Positions 17,899 to 27,794 of a DNA stretch of 55,263 nt are shown here, in pieces. Origin of the DNA: Candidatus Falkowbacteria bacterium (GTDB taxonomy: Bacteria; Patescibacteriota; Patescibacteriia; Patescibacteriales; UBA12075); NCBI GenBank assembly GCA_003514005.1, contig DOSJ01000017.1, positions 1-55,263 on the forward strand, given 5' to 3'. The stretch's first letter is position 1, and each line of letters starts with the position of its first letter. The position numbers and the translations under genes were made by a program. Under the pieces are notes generated by a model that worked only from the letters and a program-made list of their open reading frames with translations, had not been told where the DNA came from and ran no database searches.

Positions 17899-18210
17899 TC
17901 ACTTAAATCTAAAAATTATTTTTTCAAAATCCAAAACTCTACCATTCTTAACCTTCACGCCTTCGCTTTCCAACAATTTAATCTTTTTAGTCTGTCCCCC
18001 GCCATATCCGCCCAAACCGCCGTCGCTTTTCACGATTCGATGACAAGGAACGCGCGGAGCATCCAGGTTTTTATGTAAAGCATTGCCAACTGCTCTAACG
18101 GCTTTTGGATTTTTTACCGCTATCGCAAGTAATTTATAAGTACTGACCTTGCCACTTGGAATTTCTAACAATTTTTTCAAAACTTTTTTTTCAAAAATTC
18201 CCAAATCCAT
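17899..18210 (-). CDS. O6-methylguanine-DNA methyltransferase (MGMT family, C-terminal domain only)
   Basis: RAVGNAL..N...VPCHRIV active-site motif. Confidence 0.9.
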   Translation of the reverse strand: MDLGIFEKKVLKKLLEIPSGKVSTYKLLAIAVKNPKAVRAVGNALHKNLDAPRVPCHRIVKSDGGLGGYGGGQTKKIKLLESEGVKVKNGRVLDFEKIIFRFK

Positions 18211-18216
18211 TATTTT

Positions 18217-18579
18217 TTATTTAAGATATTTTTTTACACTATCCGGAATCTTGTCCATTGTGCCAGCCGGAAGATTGTCTAGAGCCGAAGAATTATTCAT
18301 ATTTTTTAGACTATCCAGATTAACCGTGTCGCCTAACCCAAGCAATTCCTTGTACGAATTAAATACATCTTTGAGCAGAGGCGGCAAAAAAATCGCCCCC
18401 AAAATTAATGGGATAAAAATAATCAAAATTTTCAAAACCCCAAAAATCCTTTGCCAAAAAACAAAGCCGTTTATTTTTTTACTTATCTCAAGCACCTCTT
18501 CCGAAAGCTTGATGTTTTTTTCAATCAATTCTTTTAATTCACTAATTTCAGATTGCGAATTATTATTTTGCAGATCCAT
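18217..18579 (-). CDS. hypothetical membrane protein
   Basis: Coiled-coil N-terminus and one TM segment; co-oriented with neighbours. Confidence 0.7.
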   Translation of the reverse strand: MDLQNNNSQSEISELKELIEKNIKLSEEVLEISKKINGFVFWQRIFGVLKILIIFIPLILGAIFLPPLLKDVFNSYKELLGLGDTVNLDSLKNMNNSSALDNLPAGTMDKIPDSVKKYLK

Positions 18580-18640
18580 ATTTTAAAATAAATAATAAAT
18601 TCTTGCCTTAGTTATAAACCCAGTAAAAGCTATTTACACT

Positions 18641-18779
18641 TTGTCATTCCCGCGAAGGCGGGAATCTTGGTGCTATTTAATAAAATGACTTTTCCGTAAA
18701 ATGGTTTGAAAAACACTTTTATAAATTCCTTGTTTTTTTTATTTTATTACCGAGATTCCCGCCTTCGCGGGAATGACAA
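18641..18779. repeat. GTCATTCCCGCG palindrome doublet (REPIN/MITE-like)
   Basis: GTCATTCCCGCGAAGGCGGGAATC (18643-18666) and its exact inverse (18754-18777). Confidence 0.9.
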
Positions 18780-18801
18780 GTGGTTTTCCTCAAATCACAA
18801 C

Positions 18802-19551
18802 CTACCTAACCCCACAATACTCCACATACTCCGCCCCAATCTTCCGCATTCTCTCCATATCCTGCGCCGTAAACCCTGCCACGTTTTTGAAACGGTCATT
18901 TAATAAATCCATATTGGATTTAAATCCCTGCAAATACCACTTCCGCGCGCCGGCGATTATTTTTCCGGTTTCTTCTATGTCTTTTTTACCAACCAATTCC
19001 GGCACGACCGTTGTCCGGAATTCATACGGCAAGTCGCTTTCCATAATCTGTTTTATACTTTTTTTAATATCACGAATATTGGGCTGGACTTCGGTTATCA
19101 GATCGTAATTGCTTAGCCCGCCTTTTATATCCATTGCGATATAATCAAGCAACTTTTTTGCGATAAGCGCTTTTAACATTCTTGGATTTGTGCCGTTCGT
19201 ATCAAGCTTAACCTTGAAGCCAAGTGCCTTTATGCGCTCGATCATTTCCGGCAAATCCGCGTGGATTGTCGGTTCACCGCCGCTAATAACGACGGCATCA
19301 AGCTTTTTTTGCCTTTTTTCCAGAAAATCAAAAAGGTCATCCTCGGTAATCTCCGGATCAACCTTTTCGATCTTCTCGCCTGCTTTGGCAGACGGTTTTA
19401 TATTGAACTTGCCAAGCTCTTTTCGGGGCCAGACAAGCATAGGGTTATAGCAGAAATGACAGCGAAAATTACAGCCTTGGGTAAAAATAATTGCCGATAT
19501 ATGGTCAGGATAGTCTAGTAAGCTGAATTTTTGCAGTCCGCCGATATTCAT
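18802..19551 (-). CDS. nrdG: anaerobic ribonucleotide reductase activating enzyme (radical SAM)
   Basis: GCNFRCHFCYN CxxxCxxC motif, GGEPT, DTNG; downstream of nrdD. Confidence 0.92.
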   Translation of the reverse strand: MNIGGLQKFSLLDYPDHISAIIFTQGCNFRCHFCYNPMLVWPRKELGKFNIKPSAKAGEKIEKVDPEITEDDLFDFLEKRQKKLDAVVISGGEPTIHADLPEMIERIKALGFKVKLDTNGTNPRMLKALIAKKLLDYIAMDIKGGLSNYDLITEVQPNIRDIKKSIKQIMESDLPYEFRTTVVPELVGKKDIEETGKIIAGARKWYLQGFKSNMDLLNDRFKNVAGFTAQDMERMRKIGAEYVEYCGVR

Positions 19552-19554
19552 TTG

Positions 19555-19630
19555 TTAATTAGTAATTAGTTGATTAGTTAATTAGGGCATATTATCGCCG
19601 ATTCCCTAATAAACTAATCAACTAATTAAC
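19555..19630. repeat. TTAATTAG-type periodic hairpin
   Basis: TTAATTAGTAATTAGTTGATTAG.../...CTAATCAACTAATTAAC; same family at 38668-38762. Confidence 0.8.
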
Positions 19631-19647
19631 TGAATAATCCAAATTAT

Positions 19648-19800
19648 TTAATTACAACAACTGCCATTGTTAATTACAAACATCTTCCGATTATTATGCT
19701 CCGATGTCTTAGCGTCGTTCCATTGCTTAATCGGCCTTAAGTAACCGTTAACGCGACTGTAAACTTCGCACTCTTGTCTCTGTTTGATGATGGGGCTCAT
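19648..19800 (-). CDS. stand-alone NrdD C-terminal glycyl-radical domain (50 aa, not in the ORF track)
   Basis: MSPIIKQRQECEVYSRVNGYLRPIKQWNDAKTSEHNNRKMF... carries the RVxGY glycyl-radical loop that is absent from 19928..22093. Confidence 0.88.
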   Translation of the reverse strand: MSPIIKQRQECEVYSRVNGYLRPIKQWNDAKTSEHNNRKMFVINNGSCCN

Positions 19801-19927
19801 ACATTTTGTTTGAATCAGATACCCAACTTTCCCCGTTAAATACCTAATTCTTTTATTTTTATAATATTTTAATAAATTTTTTTACTTCTAACTTCCTACA
19901 GTCCTACCAGCCTACAAGCCTACAAGC

Positions 19928-22093
19928 CTACAGTCCTGCAATCATCTCAATCAAATCCCTTTCCACTCCCTCCTCAATCTTATCATCATTCTTCTTATCT
20001 GGATAGGTCGTAATCAATAATGCTTCCTGTTTTTCACCGACCTCAATTGCCTCAAACTTTGCCGAGTCCGCATAGCCATTTTCAGCATCGCATTTTGGGC
20101 AATAATAGTGTTCACCGGCAATATAGCCGTGTTTGGGACAGATGGAAAAAGTCGGAGTAATCGTAAAATATGGCAAATGATAGTTGTAAGAAATGTTTTT
20201 TACCAATCTTCTGACTGACTCTGCCGATGGCAATGCCTCTCCCAAATAAGCGTGCAGTACTGTTCCGCCCGTGTATTTGGTCTGGATATCGTCTTGCAAA
20301 TCCAAGGCGGCAAATAAATCATCGGTAAAATTAACTGGCAATTGTGTGGAATTGGTGTAATAAGGCGTTGCGTTTCCAGACTTGACTGCTTCTTGATTGG
20401 CTACGATAATATCAGGATATTTTTCTCGGTCAAGGTTTGATAAACGTCTGGTTGTGCCTTCGCCCGGTGTTGCTTCCAGGTTGTATAAATTATTTGTTTC
20501 ATTTTGAAAATCCATTATCTTTTCACGCATAAAATCTAATATCTCCAGTGCGAATTCTTTACCTTTTTTGGTAGTAATGTCTTCGGCAATCGGTACAAAA
20601 TTTAACATTGCCTCATTCATACCAATTAACCCGATTGTTGAAAAATGATTTTGCCAATATTTTCCAAAACGCAATTGAATATTAGCTAAATAATGCTTGG
20701 CATACGGGTAAAGTCCACCATTAGTTAACTCTTCAAGGACTTTACGTTTTGTTTCTAGGCTATCACGCGCAATTAACATTAAGCCATTGATTCTATCAAA
20801 AAATTCTTCTTTGGTTTTTGACAAATAACCGATACGAGGCAGATTTATAGTAACCACGCCGATTGATCCGGTCAAGGGATTGGCGCCAAATAATCCGCCG
20901 CCGCGTTTTTTCAGCTCGCGATTGTCCAGGCGGAGGCGGCAGCACATGGAACGTGCATCTTCCGGAGACATGTCGGAATTTATAAAATTTGAAAAATACG
21001 GAATACCATACTTGGCGGTCATTTCAAAAATCTTTTCAGCAACCGGCGACTCCCATTGAAAATCCTTGGTAATATTGTAAGTCGGAATCGGAAAGGTAAA
21101 TACTCTGCCCTTGGCGTCCCCTTCCATCATGGCTTCGGCAAAAGCCAAATTCAGCATATCCATTTCTTTTTGAAAATCCTTATATTTTTCCGGCATCACC
21201 TGTCCGCCGATAATCACGTTCTCTTCACTGGTCTGACCGGATGGCACCAGGTCCATAGTGATATTGGTAAACGGGGTTTGAAAACCCACTCTGGTCGGTA
21301 CATTGATATTGAATAAAAATTCTTGAATGCATTGCTTGACTTCGTTGTGGTTCAGCTTGTCATAACGGATAAAAGGCGCAAGGTATGTATCAAAACTGGA
21401 AAATGCTTCCGCGCCAGCTACCTCGCCTTGGAGCGTATAGAAAAAATTAATAACCTGGCCCAAGGCTGTTCGGAAATGTTTTGGTGGCTTTGATTCCACC
21501 TTGCCGGAAACGCCGGTAAAACCCTGCAACAATAAATCTTTCAAATCCCAGCCCGCGCAATAGGGCGCCAATAGCTGTAAATCATGGATATGGATATCGC
21601 CGTTTTGATGGGCATTGCGGATGTCTGCGGTATATACTTTGGAAAGCCAATAGTTTGAAGATATAATCGAAGCTAAATGATTGTTAAGTCCTTGCAAGCT
21701 ATAGCTCATGTTCGAATTTTCTTTGACGCGCCAGTCTGATTGCTTGAGATAGTCTTCCATGATATCAATGGAATTAACCATATTCTTCATGTCGCGCAAA
21801 CGCGCCCTTTGGTCACGATACAAAATAAATGATTTGGCCGCCTTGATCTGTTTATTGCTGATTAAAACCTCTTCCACAATATCTTGAATCTCCTCTACGG
21901 CCGGAATGCTTCTTTCATGGAATTTTTCCTTCAAAACCTCTACCACTTGATCAGTAAGCTTTTTTGCTAAATACTCATCCGGCTTACCTGTGGCCTCGGT
22001 TGCCTTGTAAATCGCTTTGATAATTTTGGCCTGATCAAAATCGACGATCTGCCCTTTTCTTTTTCTGATTTGGAGAATTTTGTTGTCTTGCAT
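19928..22093 (-). CDS. nrdD: class III ribonucleoside-triphosphate reductase, catalytic part
   Basis: N-terminal ATP-cone, HIHDL, SMCCRL, EATPGEG, YTNS, CPKHGY..CPKC; lacks RVxGY. Confidence 0.95.
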   Translation of the reverse strand: MQDNKILQIRKRKGQIVDFDQAKIIKAIYKATEATGKPDEYLAKKLTDQVVEVLKEKFHERSIPAVEEIQDIVEEVLISNKQIKAAKSFILYRDQRARLRDMKNMVNSIDIMEDYLKQSDWRVKENSNMSYSLQGLNNHLASIISSNYWLSKVYTADIRNAHQNGDIHIHDLQLLAPYCAGWDLKDLLLQGFTGVSGKVESKPPKHFRTALGQVINFFYTLQGEVAGAEAFSSFDTYLAPFIRYDKLNHNEVKQCIQEFLFNINVPTRVGFQTPFTNITMDLVPSGQTSEENVIIGGQVMPEKYKDFQKEMDMLNLAFAEAMMEGDAKGRVFTFPIPTYNITKDFQWESPVAEKIFEMTAKYGIPYFSNFINSDMSPEDARSMCCRLRLDNRELKKRGGGLFGANPLTGSIGVVTINLPRIGYLSKTKEEFFDRINGLMLIARDSLETKRKVLEELTNGGLYPYAKHYLANIQLRFGKYWQNHFSTIGLIGMNEAMLNFVPIAEDITTKKGKEFALEILDFMREKIMDFQNETNNLYNLEATPGEGTTRRLSNLDREKYPDIIVANQEAVKSGNATPYYTNSTQLPVNFTDDLFAALDLQDDIQTKYTGGTVLHAYLGEALPSAESVRRLVKNISYNYHLPYFTITPTFSICPKHGYIAGEHYYCPKCDAENGYADSAKFEAIEVGEKQEALLITTYPDKKNDDKIEEGVERDLIEMIAGL

Positions 22094-22122
22094 GAGGATG
22101 TTGTTATAAATTAATCAATTTA

Positions 22123-22217
22123 TATTTGTAGTATTTGAATGTAATTTGTAGTATTCGCATTATAAGCCATACGACTGTAATGCGAATACTACAAATTACA
22201 TTCAAATACTACAAATA
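22123..22217. repeat. perfect 40-bp inverted repeat
   Basis: 22123-22162 is the exact reverse complement of 22178-22217, with a 15-nt loop. Confidence 0.95.
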
Positions 22218-22233
22218 CTTCTTGTTTGAATAA

Positions 22234-22695
22234 CTAATTTTTCTTATTTTTTAAAAGCTTATTTAGTTCTTCTTGAAAATCTTCCAAATCTTCAAAAGAT
22301 TCATACACACTGGCAAAACGGATAAACGCGACTTTGTCGACTTTTTTTAGCTCTTTCATTATGATTTTTCCAATCTCTCTGGAATCAACTTCGCTTTTGC
22401 GTAAAGCTTGCAAATCCATTTCAATCGCGGAAACCAGTTTTTTGAATTCGTCGTCCGTAATCGTTCTTTTCTCTAACGACCGTTTTAATCCGCGTAGCAT
22501 TTTTTCCTTGTCATAGGCCTCTTTGCGCCCGTCTTTTTTTACTATCACCAAATCAAGCAATTCGATTTCTTCATAAGTCGAAAAACGAAAACCGCACTTC
22601 AAACATTCGCGCCGACGACGAATCGAAAAACCGTCAACCGCCACGCGGGAATCAACTACTTTAGTATCTTGAAATAAACAAATTGGACACTTCAT
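22234..22695 (-). CDS. nrdR: transcriptional repressor NrdR
   Basis: MKCPIC...VVDSR...RRRRECLKCGFRFSTYE zinc ribbon plus ATP-cone. Confidence 0.97.
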   Translation of the reverse strand: MKCPICLFQDTKVVDSRVAVDGFSIRRRRECLKCGFRFSTYEEIELLDLVIVKKDGRKEAYDKEKMLRGLKRSLEKRTITDDEFKKLVSAIEMDLQALRKSEVDSREIGKIIMKELKKVDKVAFIRFASVYESFEDLEDFQEELNKLLKNKKN

Positions 22696-22785
22696 ATATT
22701 AAAAAGGCAACAAAAAAACACCTAAAAACTTACCAATTTTGGTTTCGCCTGTTATAAATAGGTGTTTTACTACTCTTTACGGTAA

Positions 22786-22840
22786 TAACTATATCTTGTG
22801 CTGTATATTTATATTATACCACTATATATAGCAAAGTCAA
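22786..22840 (-). promoter_or_regulatory. promoter with tandem NrdR boxes
   Basis: Cores CTATATCTTG (22789) and CTATATATAG (22822), 33 bp apart; TTGACT-16nt-TATAAT overlaps the second box. Confidence 0.75.
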
Positions 22841-22987
22841 GCCCTTGCTAATCCGCTTATTTTACAATTTTTAATTTGTTATACCCTTAATTTACCACTT
22901 CTAAAATAATTTGCAAAGATGATATCCTGTGGATAAGTAATTAATATTAAAGTTCTAATTTCTAATTACTAATACCTAAAATATTTT

Positions 22988-25915
22988 TTAAACCGCGCTA
23001 ATTTCTAGCCCATCTTTGCCTAACTTAACATTTGTTTCAACCAATTTTTCTCGATTAGAAATCACGGCAATGCTATAATCTTGCCAATTGTCTTTCAAAT
23101 ATTTTTTTGCCGCTTGTTTTAGGTCTTTTGCCGTTACCTGCAAAACCTGTTTTTTAAAATCCAGACGATTTTTATCATTTATACCATATAATTTACGATA
23201 AAACGCGCCCCTGGCTTCTTCGGCTTCGCTGGCTGGGCGGTCCAGTTCGGAACAAACCTGCAAAATCGCTTCTTCGATTTCTTTTTTGGAAAAAGCATAA
23301 TTCAAAACATATTTTTTTGCCCCGGAATATACGTTTAAAGTATTCAGAATATGCGGATCCCGGTAAGAGCCAAAACTAAAAATGCCTTCGCTTTTGTCAT
23401 AGCGGGAAAATCCTCCATACGCCCCGCCTTTTTCTCGCAATTCATTGTGCAGATATTGACGGCTCAAAACTTTGCTCAGTACCGATAGCTTGGCAGAATC
23501 CGGATGATTTTGTGGAACCACTTTGAAACAGGCAGACACAAAAGAAACGGCAGTAGCTAAATAACGGCCGGTTTTTTGTTTTTTCTTGTCTAGTTTAATA
23601 ATATTGTTTATATCTAATTTTTCGGAGCTAAGCTCCGAAAAATTCCCAAACTCATTTTTTGTTAAACTCAGAGCTTTTTCTTCACCAATATTTAATATTT
23701 TGCCTTTTTCTTTTGCAAATAACTTTTTCCCGATTTTACTTAATTTATCAGACAAATCTTTCAGCTCTTTTTCGTCCAGTTTTTCAGTTATTTTTTTTAT
23801 TATTTCATACTGACTTAAACCGCCCCACATTTCTTTTAAGGCCGAAACTGTGGAAAGATTTTTGGCAGCCAGGCTGGCAGCCAAAATATGCCCTTCTTCA
23901 ACTATGCCGGTTTCCAGACCGGAGCGATATTCGCAAACAAATTTTTTCAAGTTATGGATATCGGAAAAATCAAATTCTGCCATTATTTCTTGGCAAAGAC
24001 TTTGCGTCTTTTTAATATTGGTATTCAAACATTTTGCCGAAACGATTATATACGCTTTACTGCGGTTTTCCGTACGATCTGAAGCGGTTTGAAAAAAAAC
24101 ACTAACACCGCCGGTCAGCGCGCTGATTGCTTCCGCCAAAACTAAGTAATTCTTTTGTTTTGTCCCTAGGAGCGGTAATACATGACAAAAAAGCGGAACC
24201 AAAGCAAGCTCCTCGTTAGACAAGGAATCGATTGGAAAGATGGCTGACCAATAAAAAATACCGTTGGTTTTTGCAGTATAGCTTATTACGTACTGATTGC
24301 TGTATTTTTTGTCTGCTATGATTTTTTTTATTTTCAATGGAATATCAGCTCTGCCAAGACTTGGCAAGCAGCTCAAATCTTCCTTTGTTTCTTGCAGTTC
24401 TTTTAATTTCTGCGAATCTTTTTTTATCTGTTCAATTTCTTCCACGCTTAAACGGCTTTGTATTTTTGCCAAGCTTTCTTTTTCTTGTTTCTCTTCTTTG
24501 GCCTGCATAGTTTTATCCGGCTCCAAAATTAACAAGGCCGAATGTTTGTTTGTTAGAAAATATTTAAAAATCTTTTTTTCCAAAAAATTTTTCTGTTTAA
24601 GTTTTTTTCGCAACGCCTTGATATCTTTGGTAAAATACAAAGCCGAAAGCGGATTGCCGCCGTGGATATACGGAATAATAAAACGGAACCAAAGCTTTAG
24701 GCCATAAGGATAAGGGCTGTTCACCACCTCGTTGTGCGTAATTTCCAATTTCTGCAAAGACGAGTTTATCGCTTCTGCGCTAATGCCGGTCTTTGTCAAT
24801 TTTTTCAAAACTGAAAAAATGATTTTTTTAATTTCCGCTATTTTGTGCTTAGAAACATCTTTCAGCCCAACTGAAAAAATTCCGTCTTTCAGCTCCGCAT
24901 TATATCCGCTTGCCTCTGCCAAATCGCTCCCCAAACCGGATTCCATTAATACCCGGCGCAAAGGCGATGCCGGGTTATCCAGCAAAATATCTTCCAAAAG
25001 CTCCAATACCAAAACCTCTTCCGCATCCATTACCGGCGAAACCAGCCAGCTTACAAGCGCGTGATATTTGCGGCTCGTATCCGTTTCCGAATCAACCGGA
25101 TATTGATAAACGGCTGTTTTTGATTTTTTCCAGCGCGGTTCCGACTTGACCTTTGAATCGATTTTCAAAGCAGAAAAATTTTTCATTACTTTGGCATGCA
25201 ATACTTTCAGATGAGCGGCCAAGGGCAAATCACCATAGCTATAAAAAAACGCATTGCTGGGATGGTAATATCGCGCGTGAAATCTTTTTAGATCCGCATG
25301 AGTCAGACTGGGAATTATTTTCGGATCGCCTCCGGAATTAAAGCGGTAGTTTGAACCCGGAAACAAAGAGCTCGTAATCGCCTCTTCCATTATTCTCTCC
25401 GGGCTGGAAAGCGAGCCTTTCATTTCATTATAGACAACACCCTTGTATTTGAGTTCGCCCCCTTCAAGTTCCAAACGAATGCCCTCTTGCTTAAAATTAA
25501 GCTCGGACAGGGTCGGATAAAAAGCCGCGTCTAGGTACACAGACATCAGATTATAAAAATCTTTTTTATTTTCGGTTGCAAAGGGATAGGCGGTCCAGTC
25601 ATTGCCGGTAAAAGCATTCATAAAAGTATTCAAGCTACGCCTGATCATGGAAAAAAACGGATCACGCACCGGGTAATTTCTAGAACCAGTCAAAACCGTA
25701 TGCTCCAAAATATGCGCGATGCCACTGGAATCTTCGGGTATAGTTTTGAAAGCCACGCAAAAAACATTCTCGCTATCCGCGCGATCAATATGCACGTATT
25801 TCGCGCCAGTAGCAATATGCGCAAGTTCCACAAATTCCAATTTTAAATCAGACAGATATTTGACCTGCTTAATTTTCCAGCCGTGGACTGTTTGACCTTT
25901 TTTATGTTTTATCAT
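22988..25915 (-). CDS. M16C metalloprotease (presequence protease/insulinase family)
   Basis: AHILEHTVL inverted zinc motif, FMNAFT, GVVYNEMKG, LREKGGAYGG and SYRDP. Confidence 0.93.
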   Translation of the reverse strand: MIKHKKGQTVHGWKIKQVKYLSDLKLEFVELAHIATGAKYVHIDRADSENVFCVAFKTIPEDSSGIAHILEHTVLTGSRNYPVRDPFFSMIRRSLNTFMNAFTGNDWTAYPFATENKKDFYNLMSVYLDAAFYPTLSELNFKQEGIRLELEGGELKYKGVVYNEMKGSLSSPERIMEEAITSSLFPGSNYRFNSGGDPKIIPSLTHADLKRFHARYYHPSNAFFYSYGDLPLAAHLKVLHAKVMKNFSALKIDSKVKSEPRWKKSKTAVYQYPVDSETDTSRKYHALVSWLVSPVMDAEEVLVLELLEDILLDNPASPLRRVLMESGLGSDLAEASGYNAELKDGIFSVGLKDVSKHKIAEIKKIIFSVLKKLTKTGISAEAINSSLQKLEITHNEVVNSPYPYGLKLWFRFIIPYIHGGNPLSALYFTKDIKALRKKLKQKNFLEKKIFKYFLTNKHSALLILEPDKTMQAKEEKQEKESLAKIQSRLSVEEIEQIKKDSQKLKELQETKEDLSCLPSLGRADIPLKIKKIIADKKYSNQYVISYTAKTNGIFYWSAIFPIDSLSNEELALVPLFCHVLPLLGTKQKNYLVLAEAISALTGGVSVFFQTASDRTENRSKAYIIVSAKCLNTNIKKTQSLCQEIMAEFDFSDIHNLKKFVCEYRSGLETGIVEEGHILAASLAAKNLSTVSALKEMWGGLSQYEIIKKITEKLDEKELKDLSDKLSKIGKKLFAKEKGKILNIGEEKALSLTKNEFGNFSELSSEKLDINNIIKLDKKKQKTGRYLATAVSFVSACFKVVPQNHPDSAKLSVLSKVLSRQYLHNELREKGGAYGGFSRYDKSEGIFSFGSYRDPHILNTLNVYSGAKKYVLNYAFSKKEIEEAILQVCSELDRPASEAEEARGAFYRKLYGINDKNRLDFKKQVLQVTAKDLKQAAKKYLKDNWQDYSIAVISNREKLVETNVKLGKDGLEISAV

Positions 25916-25943
25916 GTTTTATAAAATTGTTTTTCATTTTTTT

Positions 25944-26031
25944 GTCATTCCCGCGAAGGCGGGAATCCAGGGTTTACTGCTCTAATCTGGATTCCCGCCG
26001 GAGTTTATGCCCAGAGGGGTACGGGAATGAC
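25944..26031. repeat. GTCATTCCCGCG palindrome doublet
   Basis: GTCATTCCCGCGAAGGCGGGAATCCAG ... CTGGATTCCCG-(expanded loop)-CGGGAATGAC. Confidence 0.85.
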
Positions 26032-26039
26032 AAAAAATA

Positions 26040-26195
26040 TTAATCTCTTGAAGAAAAAAAATCACAATTCCCGGTTAAAGAGACTTCCTGCTCCAGCTCC
26101 GAACAATATCCGTCTTGATAACACTGGCACAGCGGACAATGCTTGTCTTCATTGTGATAATCTTCTTGATAATCTGCTTCGATTTCGTGGGACAT
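26040..26195 (-). CDS. small HiPIP-like Cys protein (51 aa, not in the ORF track)
   Basis: MSHEIEADYQEDYHNEDKHCPLCQCYQDGYCSELEQEVSLTGNCDFFSSRD; pattern YQ..CxxC..GxC..V..GxC. Confidence 0.6.
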   Translation of the reverse strand: MSHEIEADYQEDYHNEDKHCPLCQCYQDGYCSELEQEVSLTGNCDFFSSRD

Positions 26196-26274
26196 AGATT
26201 TAAACTAAATAATTATAATAACATACTATCATACAAATAATGATAGTTCCAGAAAAAATATTATTAATTATTTT

Positions 26275-26524
26275 GGTTCTTTAGACAATTCTGTGGGTAA
26301 ATATTAAACGTTTTTACTTTATTTGTCATTCCCGCGTAGGCGGGAATCTTGGTTGAACAATAACGAAATATTTTTACTGCATGTTTGTTATAAAACCATT
26401 TTATCATATCCTAATTTTATTATTTTAACACCGAGATTCCCGATCATTTAATATCTATTCCCTGCGGGGCAATGGAGTGTCGGGAATGACAAAATATTTT
26501 AACCATAAAATTGTCTAAAGAACC
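26275..26524. repeat. GTCATTCCCGCG doublet nested in an outer inverted repeat
   Basis: Doublet at 26325-26490; outer perfect GGTTCTTTAGACAATT/AATTGTCTAAAGAACC repeat. Confidence 0.85.
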
Positions 26525-26530
26525 ATTATT

Positions 26531-27691
26531 TTAAAAATTTTTTATCTCCCCTGCCCTAATCTCATCCTTAAATCCCTCATCCCCGTCCGACCAATCCGCA
26601 ATCTTTTTAAGTAGCGCCGCTTTTGCGTCTTTTTGCAATAAATCCGGGATGCCGATTTTTGATTGGTATGGGATTAATTCATAAGTAATTTTTTCCAAAT
26701 CATAATCCACGCCCACGCCAAAGCCTTCTTGCGTGTCCGGGCTAAAGTACTGATCAAAAATAAAATTACCCAAAGAATAAAAAATCAGTTTGTCCTGATA
26801 TTTTTCTATGCCCTGAATAACATGCGGATGATGTCCGATTATCAAGTCAACACCATTATCAATTAAATAATGCGCAAACTCGACTTGGCTTTTACCGGCA
26901 ACATGTCCATATTCCGTCCCCCAATGAATGTTTACAATAACAAAATCGCTCTCTGCTTCAGCATTTACCAGAATTTTTTTCAACTCCTCTTTCGGAACAT
27001 TTTGAAACACGATGCTAAGTCCGATCATCGCCGTCTTGACATCAGCGACATCGATAATTTTTAGAGTACATTCGCCAACCTTGCCGTCCGGACATCCGGA
27101 ATAGCCAATTCCCAGCTTATCTAAATTTTTACCCGTTTCCAAAAATCCAGCCTGTCCTTGATCCAGAATGTGATTATTCGCAATATTAAAAAAATTAAAA
27201 ATATCACCGCTAAAATCCCTTACACTCTCGGGCGAAAACGAAAAATCATAAGCATTTACCGGTGGATAATGCGCGCCGCCTTCCATAACCGCGCCTTCCA
27301 AATTTGCCGCGACCAGATCATAGCCTTTAAAAAAATCCGCATCAGTTTCTTTTAGCTTATTTAAAAGCACGGCAAAATCTTTCCCATAACGCTCTTTGAT
27401 ATGACGATCCAGCATGACATCGCCAAAAAACAAAAAACGCGCCGGCTGGTTATCAACATTTTCCGGAAAAGGGTTTTGTTTAATATCTTTTTTATCATCG
27501 GTAATTTCGGATACTGCGGTTTTGGATGTTTCGATGGTATTATCCGGCACAGAGACGTTGCGTTGCAAGGTCAATGCGGATTTACTTGCATTTTTTATTA
27601 CAAAAAATAATCCAACCAAAAAAGACGAAATAATAAATGTTGTGATCAATATTTTTTTACTTAAGCTGTTCATTTGGTTTAATTTTATCAT
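26531..27691 (-). CDS. CapA/PgsA-family metallophosphoesterase
   Basis: GDVML, NLEG, ANNHILD, HWG.EY, GHHPHV and YSLGNF motifs; N-terminal TM helix. Start moved to MIKLNQ. Confidence 0.9.
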   Translation of the reverse strand: MIKLNQMNSLSKKILITTFIISSFLVGLFFVIKNASKSALTLQRNVSVPDNTIETSKTAVSEITDDKKDIKQNPFPENVDNQPARFLFFGDVMLDRHIKERYGKDFAVLLNKLKETDADFFKGYDLVAANLEGAVMEGGAHYPPVNAYDFSFSPESVRDFSGDIFNFFNIANNHILDQGQAGFLETGKNLDKLGIGYSGCPDGKVGECTLKIIDVADVKTAMIGLSIVFQNVPKEELKKILVNAEAESDFVIVNIHWGTEYGHVAGKSQVEFAHYLIDNGVDLIIGHHPHVIQGIEKYQDKLIFYSLGNFIFDQYFSPDTQEGFGVGVDYDLEKITYELIPYQSKIGIPDLLQKDAKAALLKKIADWSDGDEGFKDEIRAGEIKNF

Positions 27692-27794
27692 GTGTGGGGA
27701 TAATGGCAAGGACTTATACAAAATAAAAAGCCCCGAACTGGTTATATCCAATCCGAGGCTGTGTTTTTTCCTGATTCTGAACGGAATCAAATGT

